A stretch of 64,000 nucleotides of DNA, from assembly GCA_965662235.1 (NCBI GenBank), contig CBFIGY010000003.1, forward strand, positions 32,001 to 96,000, in the 5' to 3' direction. Source of the stretch: an uncultured bacterium. Its GTDB lineage: Bacteria; SAR324; NAC60-12. The translations under genes were made by a program, and so were the position numbers. Below the pieces are notes generated by a model that saw only the letters and a list, made by a program, of their open reading frames with translations, searched no databases and was not told the DNA's origin. This document shows positions 57,581 through 64,000 of this stretch, piece after piece. Positions within the stretch are counted from its first letter, which is position 1, and each line of letters starts with the position of its first letter.

Positions 57581-57698
57581 TCGTGCTATCCGAAGTCGGT
57601 GTTCAAAGGGATTTCGACAGAAACCCGGGAGGACTGAATAATCGGCAACAGAATTCCATTGCCTCTCAAGAGAGTCAATTCAATTTGAGGCGCTTGGA

Positions 57699-59633
57699 TC
57701 AACGGACCCGGCTTCCCGGAGGAACCCCCTCGGGCGCCTCCAGCAGAGTCACCTGCTCCCCATGATCCGCGGCCAACACCATCCCTTCAGACAGCGTTCC
57801 CCTCAGCTTGACGGGCTTCAGGTTGCTCACCACAATGACCCGCTTCCCCACCATCTGTTCCGGAGTGTAAAACGGCGCCACCCCAGAGACAATCTGCCGG
57901 GGCTTTGCTTCTCCCAAGTCAATCTGGGAAACCAGCAGGCGATCTGATTTCTTCACCGGCTCACATGCTTGAATGACCCCCACCTTCAGCTGAATCTGTC
58001 CAAAGGTTTCCACGCCAATGGGCTCCGCCTCTGCGGGCGCCGGCTCGGCAGGAGGCGCTGGTTGGGCGGATTGGGGGGCTGGCGGTGCTTCCGGAGTGGC
58101 CGCCACCGCCTGAATTTTGGGAAACAGCGGCTCCGGTTCCGGAAGGACCGTTCCGGCTTCCAGCAGTCCCGGGACCAAGCGGCTTTCTTCCAGCGGCTGT
58201 TCTCCGACCCCAAGCTGAATCCGGGCCTGCTCCATCTTGTCTGGCATGACAGGGTGCAGCAACCCGATCAGCAACCGAGCACAGTCCAACGCCGTGTAAA
58301 GCACCGTTCCCAGCAGCACACGCTGTTCCGGATCCTTGGCCAGCTTCCAGGGCTTGTGATCGTCAATGTACTTGTTGACCAAGCTGCTCAGCTGAATCAC
58401 CTGCTCCAGGGCTCGGTGGGGCTGAAAGCCGCGGACCAGTTCCCGGACCCGGTTGATGCCCTCCACGAACGCAGCCTGGAGTTCTTGCTCGCTGGCACTC
58501 AGGGGTCCCGGTTCCGGAACCTGACCAGCAAAGTTCTTCCGCGACAGGGTGAGGGAGCGGTTGATCAGGTTGCCGAGGTTGTTGGAAAGGTCCCCGTGGT
58601 AGCGGGCCAAGGCCAGCTCTTCCGTAAAGTTGGAGTCTTCCCCAAAGCTCATCTCCCGCAGCAGGAAGTACCGGAGGGGGTCGACGCCAAAGCGGTCCTT
58701 CATCTCCAACGGATTGACCACGTTCCCCAGGGACTTGCTCATCTTGCTGCCCCCAATCACCCAGTGTCCGTGCACCACCAGCTTCTTGAACTGCGGAAGG
58801 TCGGCCCCTTTCAGCATGCAAGGCCAGTAGATGCCATGGGTTTTGAGGATGTCCTTGCCGATCATGTGGTGGCAGTGCTCCCAGTACTTGGCGTAACGGG
58901 GATCGTCTGGCCACCCAAGCGCCGTGACGTAATTGAGGAGCGCATCAAACCAGACGTAGGTCACAAACTGGTCATCAAACGGCAGCTCAATGCCCCAGGT
59001 CAAGCGACTCTTTGGACGGGAGATGCAGAGGTCCTGCAACGGGGCTTCCAGAAAGCTCAGCAGCTCGTTCCGGTAGCGCTTCGGGTACACCCAGTCTTCG
59101 TTCTCCTTCAACTCTGCAATCAGCCAGTCCTGGTAGGCGCTCATTTTGAAGAAGTAATTCTGCTCCTTGTACGGCTGCGGAGGCTTCTGGTGGTCCGGAC
59201 AGTTGCCCTCTGGAGTCAGTTCCGCCTCATCCAGAAAGCGTTCGCACCCCACGCAGTAGTTGCCCTCATACTCCTTCAGGTAGATTTCCCCCTTGTCGTA
59301 AATGCGCTGCAGCACCGCCTGCACGGACGCCTTGTGCATCGGATCCGTGGTCCGGATGAACTGATCGTTTTCAATGTTCAGGTGAGGCCAGAGCGCTTGA
59401 AACTCGGCCGTCATCTGGTCCACAAACACCTGCGGCTCCACTCCAGCCTTGGCTGCAGACTCGGCGATCTTCTGTCCGTGTTCGTCAGTCCCCGTCAGGA
59501 AGTAGCTCTCTTCCCCAAAGAGCTTCCGGAAGCGGGTGATCACATCGGTGGCAATGGTCGTGTACGCGTGCCCGATGTGCGGGTGGCTGTTGACGTAGTA
59601 AATCGGGGTGGTGATGTAAAAGGGCTCGGTCAT
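57699..59633 (-). CDS. metG: Methionyl-tRNA synthetase with C-terminal tRNA-binding domain
   Basis: YITTPIYY, HIGH, GTDEHG, YVWFDAL, KMSKS and a C-terminal Trbp111-like domain. Confidence 0.98.
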   Translation of the reverse strand: MTEPFYITTPIYYVNSHPHIGHAYTTIATDVITRFRKLFGEESYFLTGTDEHGQKIAESAAKAGVEPQVFVDQMTAEFQALWPHLNIENDQFIRTTDPMHKASVQAVLQRIYDKGEIYLKEYEGNYCVGCERFLDEAELTPEGNCPDHQKPPQPYKEQNYFFKMSAYQDWLIAELKENEDWVYPKRYRNELLSFLEAPLQDLCISRPKSRLTWGIELPFDDQFVTYVWFDALLNYVTALGWPDDPRYAKYWEHCHHMIGKDILKTHGIYWPCMLKGADLPQFKKLVVHGHWVIGGSKMSKSLGNVVNPLEMKDRFGVDPLRYFLLREMSFGEDSNFTEELALARYHGDLSNNLGNLINRSLTLSRKNFAGQVPEPGPLSASEQELQAAFVEGINRVRELVRGFQPHRALEQVIQLSSLVNKYIDDHKPWKLAKDPEQRVLLGTVLYTALDCARLLIGLLHPVMPDKMEQARIQLGVGEQPLEESRLVPGLLEAGTVLPEPEPLFPKIQAVAATPEAPPAPQSAQPAPPAEPAPAEAEPIGVETFGQIQLKVGVIQACEPVKKSDRLLVSQIDLGEAKPRQIVSGVAPFYTPEQMVGKRVIVVSNLKPVKLRGTLSEGMVLAADHGEQVTLLEAPEGVPPGSRVR

Positions 59634-59669
59634 GGTCGATTCAGCAGGTCTGGGTAAGGAAGCCGTGGG

Positions 59670-59957
59670 TCAGGGAAGTTGAATCACCGGCTCATCCGGA
59701 TGCGGGCGGTAGAGGGTGAGGGTCTTCCCCATCGACTGCACCACCGCAATGCCCTGCCAGCCGTCTAGCTGGGCGGCACAGCTCTTCTTGTCCTCAGGCG
59801 CCTCTTCCAGCACCTTCACCTTGAGGAGCTCATGACGGTCCAGGCTGGCCTCCAGCTCCTTGAGAAAGGGCTCTGAGAGTCCGGATTTGCCAATTTGCAG
59901 GAGGGGTTTGAGGGAGTGGGCCAGGCCACGGAGGTAGCGTTTCTGTTTCCCGTTCAT
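59670..59957 (-). CDS. yhbY: Ribosome assembly RNA-binding protein YhbY (CRM domain)
   Basis: KQKRYLRGLAHSLKP...IGK.G, HELLKVK and QSMGK..LYR. Confidence 0.93.
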   Translation of the reverse strand: MNGKQKRYLRGLAHSLKPLLQIGKSGLSEPFLKELEASLDRHELLKVKVLEEAPEDKKSCAAQLDGWQGIAVVQSMGKTLTLYRPHPDEPVIQLP

Positions 59958-60088
59958 ACAGGGGCAACCGGAGGTTCAGGTGATGGGGAGGCACGCTCGC
60001 CTCAGAGAGGAGGTCCCGGCAGGACGAGCAAAACGATCAAACGTATCAATCCTGGCCGGGGGAAACAAGCTCATTCCACGCAGAGCCC

Positions 60089-61042
60089 TCAGGCAGAAGC
60101 CGGCTCGTGACGCAGAACCGCAGGAAGGGCAAAGGTGACGTCTTCCTGAACCAGCATCAGCTCCCGGACAGAGCTCTGCTCGGCAAGAGAACGCAGGTGC
60201 GAGACGATGCTCTGAACAATGTCCTCAGGAGCCGAAGCGCCGGCTGTGATGCCAATCCGCGGCGCTGCCGCCAGCCAAGCCGGGTCCACCTGATCAGCAG
60301 ACTCAATCCGGTGTGCATCCACGCCTGCGGCACGGGCAACCTCGACCAGTCGGACGGTGTTGGAGCTGTTCTGCGCTCCCACCACAAGCACGAGGTCCAC
60401 CTCCTGCGCCAGCGCCTTGACCGCGTTTTGCCGATTCTGGGTGGCGTAGCAGATGTCGTCTTTGGCGGGGCCTTCGATGTGTGGGAAGCGTTCCCGGAGC
60501 GCCTGAATGATCTCTGCGGTGTCATCCAGCGAAAGGGTCGTCTGTGTCAGGTAGGCCATGGGGGTGTCTGCAGGCAGGTCCAGTTCCGCCACTTCTTCCA
60601 CAGACCCCACCACCCGGGTTTGCTCTGGCGCCTCCCCGACGGTTCCTTCGACCTCAACATGGTCCCGGTGGCCGACCAGAATGATGGTATGGTTGCGGCT
60701 GGCATAGCGTTTTGCCTCGCCGTGCACCTTGGTCACTAGGGGACAGGTGGCATCAATGACTTCCAGCTGACGCTCCACCGCCTGCTCCCGAACTGCAGGG
60801 GAAACCCCGTGGGCAGAAAAGATGGCGTGCGCCCCAAGCGGGACGTCTTCAAGGTTTTCCACAAAAATGACCCCGCGTTCTCGGAGGCGGCTCACCACAT
60901 GCGGGTTGTGGACAATTTCATGCCGGACGTAGATCGGAGGACCGTAGCGTTCCAGGGCCTTTTCCACAATGGTGATGGCCCGGTCCACTCCGGCACAAAA
61001 GCCACGCGGGCTCGCAAGCACAAGTTCGAGCTGAGAGATCAT
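60089..61042 (-). CDS. ispH: 4-hydroxy-3-methylbut-2-enyl diphosphate reductase
   Basis: PRGFCAGVDRA, IVHN, SAHG, DATCPLV.KVH, QTTLS, ICYATQNRQ and TAGASAP; real start at ATG 61042. Confidence 0.97.
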   Translation of the reverse strand: MISQLELVLASPRGFCAGVDRAITIVEKALERYGPPIYVRHEIVHNPHVVSRLRERGVIFVENLEDVPLGAHAIFSAHGVSPAVREQAVERQLEVIDATCPLVTKVHGEAKRYASRNHTIILVGHRDHVEVEGTVGEAPEQTRVVGSVEEVAELDLPADTPMAYLTQTTLSLDDTAEIIQALRERFPHIEGPAKDDICYATQNRQNAVKALAQEVDLVLVVGAQNSSNTVRLVEVARAAGVDAHRIESADQVDPAWLAAAPRIGITAGASAPEDIVQSIVSHLRSLAEQSSVRELMLVQEDVTFALPAVLRHEPASA

Positions 61043-61135
61043 GAGACGGTTTTTGGCTGGGTCAGGGTTTGCATTGCAAGACGGTTTCAGTCTAACCTGT
61101 TCCCCTGAGGTTGCCAACACGTTCGGGAAAATGTC

Positions 61136-61468
61136 ATGAGTGAAGCGCAGCAGAAACGTCGAAAGCCCATCCAGCGTCCCAACGTCCGGACGAACTTTTA
61201 CCCCACTTACACAGATGGTGGGCTGGACCGCGTCAATCCGGTTCAGGCCGTGGTGCCCACGCAGTTTCAGCGGGTGATTCCTTACTACGATCTTTCCATG
61301 ACCAGCACCCGCGACTCTGGAACCGGCCCCCTGTTCTTGGAGCCCGAGTACCATGTTCCGGAGTATCGCCAGAACCCGCCCCAACGGACCGGTGCTCCTC
61401 CGGAGGAGCCGCTCTTCAAGCTCCCGCGACACAAACGCAAGAAGGTCCGGACGGATTTTTGGGGCTAG
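61136..61468 (+). CDS. Hypothetical protein (110 aa, Pro/Arg-rich)
   Basis: Fills the gap between ispH and the converging can gene; codon usage matches neighbours. Confidence 0.55.
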   Translation: MSEAQQKRRKPIQRPNVRTNFYPTYTDGGLDRVNPVQAVVPTQFQRVIPYYDLSMTSTRDSGTGPLFLEPEYHVPEYRQNPPQRTGAPPEEPLFKLPRHKRKKVRTDFWG

Positions 61469-62115
61469 GGGGAATCTTTTTCTAGGCGGAAGACGTACGG
61501 CACCTGCTTGGAGCTGGAAATCGTCACTCCCAAGTCCTTGACGAGCCCGGTCTCAATCTGATAGACCCACCCGTGAACCGTTAGGCTTTTCCCCCGACGC
61601 CATGCCTCCTGCACAATGTTGGTGGCAGTGAGGCGTTCCACTTGGTTGATCACATTCAGCTCACACATCCGGTCCCAGCGCTCTTGGTCGCTCATCGCAT
61701 CCAGCTCCGTCTGATCACGCTGGTAGAGGTAGCGGATGATGGAAATCCAGTTGTCAATCAACCCGAAGCTCCGGTGCTCCATGGCCGCCCGGACCCCGCC
61801 ACAGCCGTAGTGTCCGCAGATGATCACGTGCTCAATTTCCAGCACCTCCACCGCGTACTGCAGCACCGACAGGCAGTTCATGTCGGTGTGAAAGACGAGG
61901 TTGGCGATGTTCCGGTGGACAAACAGCTCCCCCGGGTGCATGCCGATGATTTCGTTGGCCGGAACCCGGCTGTCGGAACACCCAATCCACAGGTAGTTGG
62001 GCTCTTGCTTGCCGGAGAGTCGTTGGAAGTAACCGGGGTCCCGAGATTCATGCTGACGGGCCCAGTAGCGGTTGTTTTCGAGGAGTTCCTCGATGGGACG
62101 GAGTTTGTGGCTCAT
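61465..62115 (-). CDS. can: Beta-class carbonic anhydrase
   Basis: WIGCSDSRVP, FVHRNIAN, CGHYGCGG and HGWVY. Confidence 0.96.
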   Translation of the reverse strand: MSHKLRPIEELLENNRYWARQHESRDPGYFQRLSGKQEPNYLWIGCSDSRVPANEIIGMHPGELFVHRNIANLVFHTDMNCLSVLQYAVEVLEIEHVIICGHYGCGGVRAAMEHRSFGLIDNWISIIRYLYQRDQTELDAMSDQERWDRMCELNVINQVERLTATNIVQEAWRRGKSLTVHGWVYQIETGLVKDLGVTISSSKQVPYVFRLEKDSP

Positions 62116-63017
62116 ACGATCACAAAGTCGGAATCGGTCATGAGGGCGATGGACGCGCTCACCCAGTTTTCAGGCCCCAGGGTTTCAAACAACTGCAACG
62201 CCTCCTTGCGAGCCGCTTGATCCAGAGGCAGGTACGGCAACCGGAACACCGGCTGCGCGGAACCCAGCATGCTCAGCAGCGTATTGAGTCCATTGGGGCT
62301 AGGCACCTGAAACAGCCACGCAAACAGCGGCTGCAGCTGTTCATTGAGGACTGGATCATCGGCATCCATCAGACGTCGCATGAGAGCCGGAACGACGTTC
62401 CCGGCCACCGAAATGACACCATGGGCCTGATGCCGGTGGCGGGCTTCAAAACACTGATCGTCGTTGCCCGACCAGCAGGCAATGCCCTGACGCTCATAGT
62501 GCTCAATCCGCTCGTTCCCCGCACATTCCTTGACTCCGAGAAAGTGGTCATGCTTCGCCAACTCCTCAATCAGCTGAGGAGAGAGGTCCTGCCCAGTCCG
62601 GGAGGGTACGTTGTAGATGATCGCCGGGCCGAGGTCCAGCAGGCGCTCAAAGTGAGCCTTCAGTCCCGGATCAGACGTCTTGCCGTAGTAGGGGTTGATC
62701 TGCAGCGCCGCGTGCATGCCCACAGAGAATCCGTAGCGGGTGGCCTTTTCCGCCTCACGCGTGTTGTTGCTGCCGGTGTTCCCCACCACAACCACACGGT
62801 CTCCAAAGCGGTCCACGGTGTGCGCAATGAGCATCAGTTCCTCTTCCCAGTCCATCAGGTGCCCCTCGCCGGTGGTCCCAGCCACAATGAACCCTTCCAC
62901 CCCTGCTTGGATCTGAGCCTCGGCCAAGCGGTCATAGGCTTCCAGGTCAATCTCACCGTTTGGAAGGTAGGGGGTCTTGATGGCGGTCATCAGCCGGGAA
63001 GAGAAAATGCGTTCCAT
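62112..63017 (-). CDS. dapA: 4-hydroxy-tetrahydrodipicolinate synthase, plant-like sequence type
   Basis: TAIKTPY, GTTGEG, GNTGSN.TREA, INPYYGKTS, IYNVP.RTGQD and GVKEC. Confidence 0.93.
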   Translation of the reverse strand: MERIFSSRLMTAIKTPYLPNGEIDLEAYDRLAEAQIQAGVEGFIVAGTTGEGHLMDWEEELMLIAHTVDRFGDRVVVVGNTGSNNTREAEKATRYGFSVGMHAALQINPYYGKTSDPGLKAHFERLLDLGPAIIYNVPSRTGQDLSPQLIEELAKHDHFLGVKECAGNERIEHYERQGIACWSGNDDQCFEARHRHQAHGVISVAGNVVPALMRRLMDADDPVLNEQLQPLFAWLFQVPSPNGLNTLLSMLGSAQPVFRLPYLPLDQAARKEALQLFETLGPENWVSASIALMTDSDFVIV

Positions 63018-63050
63018 GATATCTGTGGGGAAGGGGCGAGGGGCCCAGGG

Positions 63051-63497
63051 TTAGGGCGCTTTCTGAAGGTGCGCCTCGTAGTAGCGGGTGTAGATTCCTC
63101 CGCGCTCGGAGAACCGAACTCCGTAGACGTTGCTTCTCAGTTCCGGACGGAAGAAGCTGTTTTCGATGGTTCCGACCCACTGGTCGGTCAGGTGCTGGGG
63201 CAGCATGACCTGCACCCGGTCTCCTGGCTGAAAGGCAGGGTTGACGGCTTGGGGAATGGGGCAGACCTTCTGGCCGTTGGAGGTGTCGCCGTAGCAGATC
63301 CAAGACGCCCGGATGATCACCCCGGTCCGGTCGGGACCTCCGTGGGTGGCCACGTAGTCGTCTGGAGCAAAGGTCGTGGTGACAATGGAGGAGCGGTTCG
63401 TGGTCCGGTCAAAGACTTCCAGCTCAAACGCCCGATACTCTGCCTGGGCCGTTGCGGCCAGCAGCAGCAGCACGCCTGCGACCCCAACCCCCTTCAC
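63051..63497 (-). CDS. Exported hypothetical protein
   Basis: Signal peptide ending AQA; a Cys pair (WICYGDT..VCP); GTGA overlap with the upstream gene. Confidence 0.7.
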   Translation of the reverse strand: MKGVGVAGVLLLLAATAQAEYRAFELEVFDRTTNRSSIVTTTFAPDDYVATHGGPDRTGVIIRASWICYGDTSNGQKVCPIPQAVNPAFQPGDRVQVMLPQHLTDQWVGTIENSFFRPELRSNVYGVRFSERGGIYTRYYEAHLQKAP

Positions 63498-64000
63498 TTC
63501 ACGGCTCCGTCCATCTGTGCGCCTTCGAATTTGGCGCCGGTATCATTCACACCATTCATGCCGGTGCCATCAAAGTTGCTCCCGGAAAAGTCCCCCTGCG
63601 TCAGCACGGCGTTCTTCATGTTGGAGTCCTTGAAGTTGGCCCGAATGCTCCGGACGTAGGCCATCACCGAGGCGCTCAGGTTGGACAGTTCGAGGTTGGT
63701 GTTGTTGAGCGTCGCCCCAAACAGGTTGGCCGCTCCCATTCCCACCTCATGGAGGGAGGCCATGGTGAAGTCGCAGAAGTCGAGGCGGGCTTCATTCAGG
63801 TCAGAGCCATCCAACTTGGCTCCAATGAAGAGCGACCCCCGGAAATCGGCTCCTCCGGCAGTGAGGTGAAAGGCGTCTGAAGCGGTGAAGTCGGACGCAT
63901 GCAGCGTCGCCCCCATGAAGTTCGCCTTGTCCACGAGACTGCTGGAGAAGTCACAGAGGAAGCCCTTGACGTTGAGGAAGATCGCATGCTCCATGAGGCA
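63494..64000 (-). CDS. Pentapeptide-repeat protein (partial, start lies beyond the window)
   Basis: Continuous A(D/N)(L/F)xx repeats: ANFMG ATLHA SDFTA...ADFRG...ANLFG ATLNN TNLEL SNLSA. Confidence 0.9.
   Translation of the reverse strand, partial: CLMEHAIFLNVKGFLCDFSSSLVDKANFMGATLHASDFTASDAFHLTAGGADFRGSLFIGAKLDGSDLNEARLDFCDFTMASLHEVGMGAANLFGATLNNTNLELSNLSASVMAYVRSIRANFKDSNMKNAVLTQGDFSGSNFDGTGMNGVNDTGAKFEGAQMDGAVK

Noticed and set aside
61043..61432. 130-aa N-terminal extension of IspH in the ORF track
   Set aside because: IspH homology starts at ATG 61042; the extension overlaps a more plausible plus-strand ORF
1..64000. CRISPR array, rRNA, prophage or defence island
   Set aside because: No spaced direct-repeat array, rRNA-like sequence, phage genes or recognisable defence genes seen

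Overview
64 kb of GC-rich (roughly 60-65% by eye) Gram-negative bacterial chromosome, mostly housekeeping and metabolic genes. Gene content and the lolD-bamA order suggest a Deltaproteobacteria-like lineage such as SAR324 (inference only). In order: htpG (partial), mtnP, a GNAT acetyltransferase, an M48 peptidase, tRNA-Leu(UAA), a divergent AbfD/HpaB-family flavoprotein, lolD-bamA, a copper-chaperone operon (His-rich leader ORF ending in RGPP, then SCO, PCuAC and an unknown protein), a sigma54/AcoR-type 2-oxoacid/acetoin dehydrogenase locus with a split E2, gcvP-hisC, a candidate structured RNA, TPR-rpoZ-membrane protein, a DtxR regulator with an FbpBC-type ABC transporter, cobalamin genes interrupted by an IS4 transposase fragment, an MsrQ-like/dihaem cytochrome c pair, a sugar-acid dehydratase, upp, a sigma54-controlled proline utilisation module with a Liv-type ABC transporter, tandem-domain thyX, nuoABCDHI, metG, yhbY, ispH, beta-carbonic anhydrase, a plant-like dapA and a pentapeptide-repeat protein. 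No CRISPR array, prophage, rRNA or intact mobile element was seen. The strongest leads are: (1) a probable ribosome-arrest, metal-sensing leader peptide ahead of the SCO/PCuAC operon; (2) the dehydrogenase system with a free lipoyl carrier, a stand-alone hydrolase and a PQQ-type first gene; (3) window-wide over-representation of the palindrome TCCGGA; (4) a candidate sigma54-driven small RNA. All calls come from reading motifs by eye, and no database searches were run.
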